64,000 nt of DNA from Escherichia coli (GTDB lineage Bacteria > Pseudomonadota > Gammaproteobacteria > Enterobacterales > Enterobacteriaceae): the NCBI RefSeq assembly GCF_016903815.1, contig NZ_CP069973.1; one strand, given 5' to 3'. The position numbers were made by a program, and so were the translations under genes. How positions within the stretch are numbered: the first letter of the stretch is position 1; the number at the start of each line of letters is the position of its first letter. The notes beneath the pieces are model-generated. The model had not been told where the DNA came from and searched no databases. It saw nothing but the letters and a program-made list of their open reading frames with translations. Below are positions 53,001 to 62,270 of the stretch, one piece after another.

Positions 53001-54178
53001 AACGGGTATGGCGGCGTGAACGGGACCTGACGGGCTGGATGTCGCTGTCATGGAAACCGGAAGTGCCCTGGTACGGCTGGGACGGCGACCGGCTGACCAC
53101 AATACAGAACGACAGAACCCGCATCCAGACGGTTTATCAGCCGGGGAGCTTCACGCCACTCATCAGAGTTGAAACTGCCACCGGTGAGCTGGCGAAAACG
53201 CAGCGCCGCAGCCTGGCGGATGCGCTTCAGCAGTCCGGCGGTGAAGACGGTGGCAGTGTGGTGTTCCCGCCGGTGCTGGTGCAGATGCTCGACCGGCTGG
53301 AAAGTGAAATCCTGGCTGACCGGGTGAGTGAGGAAAGCCGCCGCTGGCTGGCATCGTGCGGCCTGACGGTGGAGCAGATACAAAACCAGATGGACCCGGT
53401 GTACACGCCGGCGCGAAAAATCCACCTGTACCACTGCGACCATCGCGGCCTGCCGCTGGCGCTTGTCAGCACGGAAGGGGCAACAGAATGGTGCGCAGAA
53501 TACGATGAATGGGGCAACCTGCTGAATGAAGAGAACCCGCATCAGCTGCAGCAGCTCATCCGCCTGCCGGGTCAGCAGTATGATGAGGAGTCCGGCCTGT
53601 ATTACAACCGCCACCGCTATTATGACCCGCTGCAGGGGCGGTATATCACTCAGGATCCGATTGGGCTGAAGGGGGGATGGAATTTTTATCAGTATCCGTT
53701 GAATCCGATCTCAAATATAGATCCATTAGGATTATATGAATTTAAATCAAAAAATATAGATGATATTGGAATATTTGCATTGGCAATGTGTAATGGAGAA
53801 TCAATTAACGAGAATAAAGAATATGGTGGGCTAATATGTAAGAAGCAAGGTGAATATTTCCCCATGAATCCGATAAGTTCAAATGATAATGATAGTGTAG
53901 ACTTGCGAAATATAAAATGCCCTGAAGGTTCAGAGAGAGTAGGCGATTATCACACTCACGGTTTTTACTCTGACGATAAAGGCAATAAAGTAACAAAAGA
54001 AAATGATGTTTATGATAGTCTAAATTTTTCAAGCAAAGATTTAACGAATTCTTATATGAATGGAATGGGAAAAAAAGAATACAGTAGTTACTTGGGAACA
54101 CCAAATAACACCTATCTAAAATATAATCCCAAAGCTAAAGGGAATGGAGTTACAATTATCAGGCAAGGGAGTAATTAA
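50006..54178 (+). CDS. Rhs-family polymorphic toxin (1390 aa): RhsA-like N-terminus, YD-repeat core, AT-rich C-terminal toxin tip
   Basis: N-terminus [17 protein letters not shown]...; many YD/RYxYD repeats; core-end motif [27 protein letters not shown] near aa 1243; composition switch near 53690. Confidence 0.9.
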
Positions 54179-54179
54179 A

Positions 54180-54503
54180 ATGAAGGTAATACAATGTTGT
54201 TATTTCCTTGCTTTAGTCTCCAGTCATTTAATGGCTGGAGTTATGAGTGATGACAATATATTTTTAAGTAATTCGGATTTAGCTGCTTTATATTGTGTGG
54301 CTAAAATATTTCCAGATGGAGAAAATATTTTAATATATAAAGTAAATATAATTAATGCTAGTTCAAAAAAAGATGTATTTTTTTATGAAAGCCCAACATC
54401 AACCCACAATGACATAATGGGGGGCGGGGGAATGTCATATGCCTATGAATATGATGTAAAATATAATATATGTCATTTGAGAAAAAAGAGCAGAATGAGG
54501 TAA
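54180..54503 (+). CDS. putative cognate immunity protein (107 aa from MKVIQCCYFLALVSS...)
   Basis: ATG 1 nt after the rhs TAA (TAAaATG); GGGAG SD inside the rhs 3' end; same AT-rich composition as the toxin tip. Confidence 0.5.
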   Translation: MKVIQCCYFLALVSSHLMAGVMSDDNIFLSNSDLAALYCVAKIFPDGENILIYKVNIINASSKKDVFFYESPTSTHNDIMGGGGMSYAYEYDVKYNICHLRKKSRMR

Positions 54504-54759
54504 AAATCTTTGGCTGTGTATTCAGTCTGGTAATCATCCAAGGAAAGCTCATCAGAAGGGTGATGACTCCAATTAGTAGAACATATATTTTCGATAAAAG
54601 CACCGATGACTTTTTCATGAAGTTCTACAGAACGCGAGAAACAGATGGTTCTGCGGGCCAGACGTTTGATTCGGGTTCTCAGGGGCAGATTGTTACGCTC
54701 AATGGGTGATGCTGCCAACTTACTGATTTAGTGTATGATGGTGTTTTTGAGGTGCTCCA

Positions 54760-55035
54760 GTGGCTTCTGTTTCTATCAGCTGTCCCTCCTGTTCAGCTAC
54801 TGACGGGGTGGTGCGTAACGGCAAAAGCACCGCCGGACATCAGCGCTATCTCTGCTCTCACTGCCGTAAAACATGGCAACTGCAGTTCACTTACACCGCT
54901 TCTCAACCCGGTACGCACCAGAAAATCATTGATATGGCCATGAATGGCGTTGGATGCCGGGCAACCGCCCGCATTATGGGCGTTGGCCTCAACACGATTT
55001 TCCGCCATTTAAAAAACTCAGGCCGCAGTCGGTAA
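54760..55035 (+). CDS. insA: IS1 InsA
   Basis: 91-aa [25 protein letters not shown]... Confidence 0.92.
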   Translation: MASVSISCPSCSATDGVVRNGKSTAGHQRYLCSHCRKTWQLQFTYTASQPGTHQKIIDMAMNGVGCRATARIMGVGLNTIFRHLKNSGRSR

Positions 55036-55457
55036 CCTCGCGCATACAGCCGGGCAGTGACGTCATCGTCTGCGCGGAAATGGACGAACAGTGGGGATAC
55101 GTCGGGGCTAAATCGCGCCAGCGCTGGCTGTTTTACGCGTATGACAGGCTCCGGAAGACGGTTGTTGCGCACGTATTCGGTGAACGCACTATGGCGACGC
55201 TGGGGCGTCTTATGAGCCTGCTGTCACCCTTTGACGTGGTGATATGGATGACGGATGGCTGGCCGCTGTATGAATCCCGCCTGAAGGGAAAGCTGCACGT
55301 AATCAGCAAGCGATATACGCAGCGAATTGAGCGGCATAACCTGAATCTGAGGCAGCACCTGGCACGGCTGGGACGGAAGTCGCTGTCGTTCTCAAAATCG
55401 GTGGAGCTGCATGACAAAGTCATCGGGCATTATCTGAACATAAAACACTATCAATAA
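54954..55457 (+). CDS. insB: IS1 InsB reading frame (expressed as InsAB' by frameshift)
   Basis: 167-aa ORF overlapping insA in the -1 frame. Confidence 0.9.
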   Translation: MPGNRPHYGRWPQHDFPPFKKLRPQSVTSRIQPGSDVIVCAEMDEQWGYVGAKSRQRWLFYAYDRLRKTVVAHVFGERTMATLGRLMSLLSPFDVVIWMTDGWPLYESRLKGKLHVISKRYTQRIERHNLNLRQHLARLGRKSLSFSKSVELHDKVIGHYLNIKHYQ

Positions 55458-56186
55458 GTTGGAGTCATTACCCGCTCAATGTGCTGAGTAAAAATCTTAC
55501 CAGTCAGATGCTTCTCCTTTGGTAACTCTCTAGCGTAACTACCCCATTCGTCAGTGGTCAACATGCCGATGGTAAAAGGGTAAGCAGCGCCAGCAGTTCA
55601 CGACAGGTTTCATCAGTCCGGGGGCCAAAAGTGTAGGCCAGAACACCACCAGTTTTCGTGTTGTACACGTACCAGAGCCAGTGCTGTCGCGCTTTACTGC
55701 CGACAAAGCTCCATTGCTGACTAAGTTCGCAGATGAGTGCCACATCAGCATGAGCGACCGGGGATGACGTTATTTTTCGTGGCGAGAGTTTTTTAAAGTT
55801 CGGATGACTGTATTAATGCCAATTTTCAGCGTACGGGCAGTATAGCGAACCCCGGCACCGTTGAAAGCCATTTCAGCGATTTGGTCTTTAACTCCTGGTT
55901 TACGGGGCTCGTAACAGTAACTGAGCTGAAATACCCGGTGACAGTCACGGCCGCGGAATCGATCATGTCTTTTGGGGTTCTGCCCGTGACGGTAAACCTG
56001 AACGGACTGGCAACGGGGACAATGAAGGTTAACTGTGACCATGAAACAACCTTAAAAGCGAGTATTATATCCTTAATTCAACTAATTGGAGGCATCACCG
56101 TTTACCGGAGCGACAGCTTGCGGAAAGGTCGTGCAACTACAAAGCAACAAACAGACTACGGCGGGAATTATTTTTTTTATCATCCA

Positions 56187-56795
56187 TTACCACGAAAACA
56201 GCGGCCATTCTTTGGCAACAGTGGTGAGTTGTGGCGCATCGAAAACGGCTTGTGGCGAGACCACCGTTTCCTCAAGCGGAATATTCTTGCCGTAACGTTC
56301 TTTGAGCTTTGCCTGAACTTGTGGGCTGCTCAGGTCGAACTCTTTCAACTTCTGCTGTTCGCCCACGCGCATTCCCAGCGCATTCTGATAAACCTTCCAC
56401 ACCACTTCCGAACAGTACTGGCGATCGTCGCTCCACGAGAAGCTGAAATCGTACGGTTTGCCGAGATAACGTTTTGCCGTTTGCGCCAGTTTTTGCTGTT
56501 GTTTAACACTCAGTCCGCCTTCAACGCGGCGAACAACGTATTTGCCCTTTTCACCATGGGCAATCCACTGCTTGAGCGGGGTGTATTTCACCGGGCCGAC
56601 CGCTTCAAAAACGTAGGGCTTTTTGTTACGCATCACCAGCATACCGGTGTGGCTGTAATCGGAATGGGTCGCCAGTTGGATCGCTTTACTTTGCGATGAG
56701 CGAGAGATCTGAAAGATGATGTCGCCGGTTTGTGGTTGCCAGGCAAATGCAGGCACAGAAACCAGCAGACCGGGGATCAGTAGCCTGATTATCAT
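56187..56795 (-). CDS. yiiX: secreted NlpC/P60-like peptidase-family protein YiiX
   Basis: 202-aa ORF with signal peptide; synteny with metJ. Confidence 0.85.
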   Translation of the reverse strand: MIIRLLIPGLLVSVPAFAWQPQTGDIIFQISRSSQSKAIQLATHSDYSHTGMLVMRNKKPYVFEAVGPVKYTPLKQWIAHGEKGKYVVRRVEGGLSVKQQQKLAQTAKRYLGKPYDFSFSWSDDRQYCSEVVWKVYQNALGMRVGEQQKLKEFDLSSPQVQAKLKERYGKNIPLEETVVSPQAVFDAPQLTTVAKEWPLFSW

Positions 56796-56854
56796 CGTTA
56801 AACGTCCATGTATAAAAAAAGCGGCAGGTTAACTCCGCGCCGCTCTTTTCCGCT

Positions 56855-57172
56855 TTAGTATTCCCACGTCTCCGGGTTAATCCCCATCTCACGCATGATC
56901 TCTTTTGCCGCTTCCGGGATTTCGTCGCTGCGCTCTTTACGCAGATCGGCATCATCCGGCAAAGGTTGCCCGGTAAAGGCATGCAGAAACGCTTCGCACA
57001 GCAGCTCGCTGTTGGTAGCGTGACGCAGGTTGTTCACCTGACGACGCGTGCGTTCATCGGTGAGGATTTTTAACACCTTAAGAGGAATGGAAACCGTAAT
57101 CTTTTTGACTTGTTCACTCTTCTTGCCGTGCTCAGCGTATGGGCTGATATATTCGCCGCTCCATTCAGCCAT
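56855..57172 (-). CDS. metJ: methionine repressor MetJ
   Basis: 105 aa from [41 protein letters not shown]; track ORF over-extends. Confidence 0.95.
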
Positions 57173-57361
57173 GAGATACTTAATCCTCTTCGTCAATAAA
57201 TTGAGACCAGACCACACAGTTAGTGTGGGTACTGACCGTAAACCCGCATAGTTTACCGTACAGGCGTTACCGTGACATCGTGTAATGCACCTGTCGGCGT
57301 GATAATGCATATAATTTTAACGGCTATTTGGGATTTGCTCAATCTATACGCAAAGAAGTTT

Positions 57362-57385
57362 AGATGTCCAGATGTATTGACGTCC
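57362..57385. promoter_or_regulatory. tandem MetJ boxes in the metJ/metB divergent control region
   Basis: Contiguous 8-bp units AGATGTCC AGATGTAT TGACGTCC resembling the AGACGTCT consensus. Confidence 0.7.
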
Positions 57386-57448
57386 ATTAACACAATGTTT
57401 ACTCTGGTGCCTGACATTTCACCGACCAAGCCCAGGGAACTTCATCAC

Positions 57449-58609
57449 ATGACGCGTAAACAGGCCACCATCGCAGTGCGTAGCGGGTTAAATGACGACG
57501 AACAGTATGGTTGCGTTGTCCCACCGATCCATCTTTCCAGCACCTATAACTTTACCGGATTTAATGAACCGCGCGCGCATGATTACTCGCGTCGTGGCAA
57601 CCCAACGCGCGATGTGGTTCAGCGTGCGCTGGCAGAACTGGAAGGCGGTGCCGGTGCCGTACTTACTAATACCGGCATGTCCGCGATTCACCTGGTAACG
57701 ACCGTCTTTTTGAAACCGGGCGATCTGCTGGTTGCGCCGCACGACTGCTATGGCGGCAGCTATCGCCTGTTCGACAGCCTGGCTAAACGTGGTTGCTATC
57801 GCGTGTTGTTTGTTGATCAAGGCGATGAACAGGCATTACGGGCAGCGCTGGCAGAAAAACCCAAACTGGTACTGGTAGAAAGCCCAAGTAATCCATTGTT
57901 ACGCGTCGTGGATATTGCGAAAATCTGCCATCTGGCAAGGGAAGTCGGGGCGGTGAGCGTGGTGGATAACACCTTCTTAAGCCCGGCATTACAAAATCCG
58001 CTGGCATTAGGTGCCGATCTGGTGTTGCATTCATGTACGAAATATCTGAACGGTCACTCAGACGTGGTGGCCGGCGTGGTGATTGCTAAAGACCCGGACG
58101 TTGTCACTGAACTTGCCTGGTGGGCAAACAATATTGGCGTGACGGGCGGCGCGTTTGACAGCTATCTGCTGCTACGCGGGTTGCGAACACTGGTGCCGCG
58201 TATGGAGCTGGCGCAGCGCAACGCGCAGGCGATTGTGAAATATCTGCAAACCCAGCCGTTGGTGAAAAAACTGTATCACCCGTCGCTGCCAGAAAATCAG
58301 GGGCATGAAATTGCCGCGCGCCAGCAAAAAGGCTTTGGCGCAATGTTGAGTTTTGAACTGGATGGCGATGAGCAGACGCTGCGTCGTTTCCTGGGCGGGC
58401 TGTCGTTGTTTACGCTGGCGGAATCATTAGGGGGAGTGGAAAGTTTAATCTCTCACGCCGCAACCATGACACATGCAGGCATGGCACCAGAAGCGCGTGC
58501 TGCCGCCGGGATCTCCGAGACGCTGCTGCGTATCTCCACCGGTATTGAAGATGGCGAAGATTTAATTGCTGACCTGGAAAATGGCTTCCGGGCTGCAAAC
58601 AAGGGGTAA
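57449..58609 (+). CDS. metB: cystathionine gamma-synthase
   Basis: 386 aa from MTRKQATIAVRSGLNDDEQYG; track ORF over-extends. Confidence 0.95.
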   Translation: MTRKQATIAVRSGLNDDEQYGCVVPPIHLSSTYNFTGFNEPRAHDYSRRGNPTRDVVQRALAELEGGAGAVLTNTGMSAIHLVTTVFLKPGDLLVAPHDCYGGSYRLFDSLAKRGCYRVLFVDQGDEQALRAALAEKPKLVLVESPSNPLLRVVDIAKICHLAREVGAVSVVDNTFLSPALQNPLALGADLVLHSCTKYLNGHSDVVAGVVIAKDPDVVTELAWWANNIGVTGGAFDSYLLLRGLRTLVPRMELAQRNAQAIVKYLQTQPLVKKLYHPSLPENQGHEIAARQQKGFGAMLSFELDGDEQTLRRFLGGLSLFTLAESLGGVESLISHAATMTHAGMAPEARAAAGISETLLRISTGIEDGEDLIADLENGFRAANKG

Positions 58610-58611
58610 AA

Positions 58612-61044
58612 ATGAGTGTGATTGCGCAGGCAGGGGCGAAAGGTCGTCAACTGCATAAATTTGGTGGCAGTAGTCTGGCTGATGTGAAGTGTTATTTGCG
58701 TGTCGCGGGCATTATGGCGGAGTACTCTCAGCCTGACGATATGATGGTGGTTTCCGCCGCCGGTAGCACCACTAACCAGTTGATTAACTGGTTGAAACTA
58801 AGTCAGACCGATCGTCTCTCTGCGCATCAGGTTCAACAAACGCTGCGTCGCTATCAGTGCGATCTGATTAGCGGCCTGCTACCCGCCGAAGAAGCCGATA
58901 GCCTCATTAGTGCCTTTATCAGCGATCTTGAGCGCCTGGCGGCGCTGCTCGACAGCGGTATTAACGACGCGGTGTATGCGGAAGTGGTGGGCCACGGCGA
59001 AGTGTGGTCGGCGCGCCTGATGTCTGCGGTACTTAATCAACAAGGGCTGCCAGCGGCCTGGCTTGATGCTCGCGAGTTTTTACGCGCTGAACGCGCTGCG
59101 CAACCGCAGGTTGATGAAGGGCTTTCTTACCCGTTGCTGCAACAGCTACTGGTACAACATCCAGGCAAACGTCTGGTGGTGACCGGGTTTATCAGCCGTA
59201 ACAACGCCGGTGAAACGGTGCTGCTGGGGCGTAACGGTTCCGACTATTCCGCGACACAAATCGGTGCGCTGGCGGGAGTTTCCCGCGTAACCATCTGGAG
59301 CGACGTCGCCGGGGTATACAGCGCCGACCCGCGTAAAGTGAAAGATGCCTGCCTGCTGCCGTTGCTGCGTCTGGATGAGGCCAGCGAACTGGCGCGTCTG
59401 GCGGCTCCCGTTCTTCACGCCCGTACTTTACAGCCAGTTTCTGGCAGCGAAATCGACCTGCAACTGCGCTGTAGCTACACGCCGGATCAAGGTTCCACGC
59501 GCATTGAACGCGTGCTGGCCTCCGGTACTGGTGCGCGTATTGTCACCAGCCATGATGATGTCTGCTTGATTGAGTTTCAGGTGCCCGCCAGCCAGGATTT
59601 CAAACTGGCGCATAAAGAGATCGACCAGATCCTGAAACGTGCTCAGGTGCGCCCACTGGCGGTTGGCGTGCATAACGATCGCCAGTTGCTGCAATTTTGC
59701 TACACCTCAGAAGTGGCCGACAGTGCGCTGAAAATCCTCGACGAAGAGGGATTACCTGGCGAACTGCGCCTGCGTCAGGGGCTGGCGCTGGTGGCGATGG
59801 TTGGGGCGGGTGTCACCCGTAACCCGCTGCATTGCCACCGCTTCTGGCAGCAACTGAAAGGCCAGCCGGTCGAATTTACCTGGCAGTCCGATGACGGCAT
59901 CAGCCTGGTGGCAGTACTGCGCACCGGACCAACCGAAAGCCTGATTCAGGGGCTGCATCAGTCCGTCTTCCGCGCAGAAAAACGCATCGGCCTGGTATTG
60001 TTCGGCAAGGGCAATATCGGTTCCCGCTGGCTGGAACTGTTCGCCCGTGAGCAGAGCACGCTTTCGGCGCGTACCGGCTTTGAATTTGTGCTGGCAGGCG
60101 TGGTGGACAGCCGCCGCAGCCTGTTGAGCTATGACGGGCTGGACGCCAGCCGCGCGTTAGCCTTCTTCAACGATGAAGCGGTCGAGCAGGATGAAGAGTC
60201 GCTGTTCCTGTGGATGCGCGCCCATCCGTATGATGATTTAGTGGTGTTGGACGTTACCGCCAGCCAGCAGCTTGCTGATCAGTATCTCGATTTTGCCAGC
60301 CACGGTTTCCACGTCATCAGCGCCAACAAACTGGCGGGAGCGAGCGACAGCAATAAATATCGCCAGATCCACGACGCCTTCGAAAAAACCGGGCGTCACT
60401 GGCTGTACAACGCCACCGTCGGTGCGGGCTTGCCGATCAACCATACCGTGCGCGATCTGATCGACAGCGGCGATACTATTTTGTCGATCAGTGGGATCTT
60501 CTCCGGCACGCTCTCCTGGCTGTTCCTGCAATTCGACGGTAGCGTGCCGTTTACCGAGCTGGTGGATCAGGCGTGGCAGCAGGGCTTAACCGAGCCTGAT
60601 CCGCGTGATGACCTTTCCGGCAAAGACGTGATGCGCAAGCTGGTGATTCTGGCGCGTGAAGCGGGTTACGACATCGAACCAGATCAGGTGCGCGTGGAAT
60701 CGCTGGTGCCTGCCCATTGCGAAGGCGGTAGCATCGACCATTTCTTTGAAAACGGCGATGAACTTAACGAGCAGATGGTGCAACGACTGGAAGCGGCCCG
60801 CGAAATGGGGCTGGTGCTGCGCTATGTGGCGCGTTTCGATGCCAATGGCAAAGCGCGTGTGGGCGTGGAAGCGGTGCGTGAAGACCATCCGCTGGCATCA
60901 CTGCTGCCGTGCGATAACGTCTTTGCCATCGAAAGCCGCTGGTATCGCGATAACCCTCTGGTGATCCGTGGGCCTGGCGCGGGGCGCGACGTCACCGCAG
61001 GGGCGATTCAGTCGGATATTAACCGCCTGGCGCAGTTGTTGTAA
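58612..61044 (+). CDS. metL: bifunctional aspartokinase II / homoserine dehydrogenase II
   Basis: 810-aa ORF immediately after metB; recognised. Confidence 0.95.
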   Translation: MSVIAQAGAKGRQLHKFGGSSLADVKCYLRVAGIMAEYSQPDDMMVVSAAGSTTNQLINWLKLSQTDRLSAHQVQQTLRRYQCDLISGLLPAEEADSLISAFISDLERLAALLDSGINDAVYAEVVGHGEVWSARLMSAVLNQQGLPAAWLDAREFLRAERAAQPQVDEGLSYPLLQQLLVQHPGKRLVVTGFISRNNAGETVLLGRNGSDYSATQIGALAGVSRVTIWSDVAGVYSADPRKVKDACLLPLLRLDEASELARLAAPVLHARTLQPVSGSEIDLQLRCSYTPDQGSTRIERVLASGTGARIVTSHDDVCLIEFQVPASQDFKLAHKEIDQILKRAQVRPLAVGVHNDRQLLQFCYTSEVADSALKILDEEGLPGELRLRQGLALVAMVGAGVTRNPLHCHRFWQQLKGQPVEFTWQSDDGISLVAVLRTGPTESLIQGLHQSVFRAEKRIGLVLFGKGNIGSRWLELFAREQSTLSARTGFEFVLAGVVDSRRSLLSYDGLDASRALAFFNDEAVEQDEESLFLWMRAHPYDDLVVLDVTASQQLADQYLDFASHGFHVISANKLAGASDSNKYRQIHDAFEKTGRHWLYNATVGAGLPINHTVRDLIDSGDTILSISGIFSGTLSWLFLQFDGSVPFTELVDQAWQQGLTEPDPRDDLSGKDVMRKLVILAREAGYDIEPDQVRVESLVPAHCEGGSIDHFFENGDELNEQMVQRLEAAREMGLVLRYVARFDANGKARVGVEAVREDHPLASLLPCDNVFAIESRWYRDNPLVIRGPGAGRDVTAGAIQSDINRLAQLL

Positions 61045-62138
61045 TCCTGAGCCAGAGAAAGCAGTATTTGCGTAACGCGCCCTGCGGAAAGCGGGGCGCT
61101 GTGAGTAAATACTGCTTGTTTATGTAGCCAGTCGATAAAATGTCTGCTGGTTGCTAAAGAGAGCATTTCTGCTTTGCTGTTATTTCCGCCCGTTAATGCA
61201 CATACCATTTTACGATTTTTGCCCTGAACCCAGAGTTGCCACTGATTTTTCCACCAGCCGTGATAAGTTGTTCCCTGAAAACGCCAGGGCATATTATCGG
61301 TATCGTCAGCTATTTCCTCTTCAATAAACCAAATCTCACCTTGCTGTTGGCGAAACAGATCAGCCCATGCCGTAATAATGGCACCTCTTAAAAAACACTC
61401 GTGTGAAATTACATGTGTTTTTACTGTAGGGAATAAAATATTCAGTACTCTGAAATGCCCGTGTGCAGTGATAACCGGACGCAGAATAACACCTTTAGCA
61501 TTGCGTTTGAGCGCTGCGCTGCCATATTGAATCTCATCAAACTGACTGCGGCGTAGAAATTGTGCTTCGCGCATATCAACGCGTTGTACAATATTACTCT
61601 CGTGTAACTCTGGTTCTGCATTCCCTCTGTATCGATAATGCAGACTTTCTCCAGCCTGATGCTGCGTGTAATTAGTAGAAAGATGAAGAATATTACCGCG
61701 AAGAGCATCAAAACTGATTAAAACATACAGTTTCTGCCCGCCGCTGGCTCCCTGAAATGGCACCAGAAGAGCAACCGTTTCGATTATTTCAGGAGGCGTT
61801 ATTTCTTTCTGATATTGTTTAGGTGTCCAGACTTTTTTGCAGTTACGACATTGAATGCGTTGCGACCCCTGTGGATTGTGGCCATAACAAATCGTCTTTG
61901 TGCCATAACATACCGGGCAGAAATGACCTTTCTCAGTTGCAAAAGTAGATAAGTGAACTGACAACCAGTCACGAAATTGCTGTTCGTCAAACAACGGCGG
62001 GTAACTTCCACATGCCCGACAGTGCAGTGCCGGATAACCCAGTCGATAGTCTGGCCAGCTGTAATCTGTCGATGTTGGTTGCCCTAAATTACGACAACCA
62101 AACGACTTGCAGGCATTAATCGTAAACAGAGTCGACAT
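61008..62138 (-). CDS. hypothetical Zn-ribbon protein (376 aa), possibly transposase-derived; 3' end overlaps metL by 37 nt
   Basis: Long ORF; N-terminal CxxxxC...HCxxC and CPVC...CRNC motifs loosely resembling IS1595-type transposase zinc ribbons; rest unrecognised. Confidence 0.45.
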   Translation of the reverse strand: MSTLFTINACKSFGCRNLGQPTSTDYSWPDYRLGYPALHCRACGSYPPLFDEQQFRDWLSVHLSTFATEKGHFCPVCYGTKTICYGHNPQGSQRIQCRNCKKVWTPKQYQKEITPPEIIETVALLVPFQGASGGQKLYVLISFDALRGNILHLSTNYTQHQAGESLHYRYRGNAEPELHESNIVQRVDMREAQFLRRSQFDEIQYGSAALKRNAKGVILRPVITAHGHFRVLNILFPTVKTHVISHECFLRGAIITAWADLFRQQQGEIWFIEEEIADDTDNMPWRFQGTTYHGWWKNQWQLWVQGKNRKMVCALTGGNNSKAEMLSLATSRHFIDWLHKQAVFTHSAPLSAGRVTQILLSLAQDYNNCARRLISD

Positions 62139-62270
62139 ATATCACCAACGATTTCACAAGGTCGTTGATTTTGTCCGGCAACTATCCCCTGCGGATGTGA
62201 TTACTCTCACATAAATAACTCTTTCAGAACGTAATGTAGCAATCCTTTAAATCACTGAAAGGGACTATTT

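Larger units (their letters stand above)
54705..55472 (+). mobile_element. IS1, intact 768 bp
   Basis: Ends GGTGATGCTGCCAACTTACTGAT and AAGTTGGAGTCATTACC; insA and insB ORFs; flanked by CGCTCAATG direct repeats. Confidence 0.92.
54559..56100 (-). mobile_element. degenerate IS1-family element interrupted by a nested IS1
   Basis: InsA-like ORF 55770..56042; InsB-like fragments 55558..55743 and 54560..54704; IS1-like terminal repeats (GGTGATGCCTCC, GGTGATGACTCCAA). Confidence 0.6.

Noticed and set aside
53805-54104. 99-aa minus-strand ORF inside the Rhs toxin tip
   Set aside because: It is antisense to the Rhs frame in AT-rich DNA where random ORFs are common; no RBS.
54415-54435. G tract (GGGGGGCGGGGG) inside the AT-rich immunity ORF, considered as a slipped-strand phase-variation switch
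   Set aside because: It simply encodes a Gly run (MGGGGM), and homopolymer phase variation is not a known feature of Rhs loci; no second frame is evident. Left as a curiosity only.
54529-54543. Second IS1-like terminal-repeat look-alike (GGTAATCATCCAAGG) 30 bp outside the inferred end of the decayed IS1-family element
   Set aside because: Too short and divergent to separate from chance or from a further decayed fragment; the element end is placed at about 54559.
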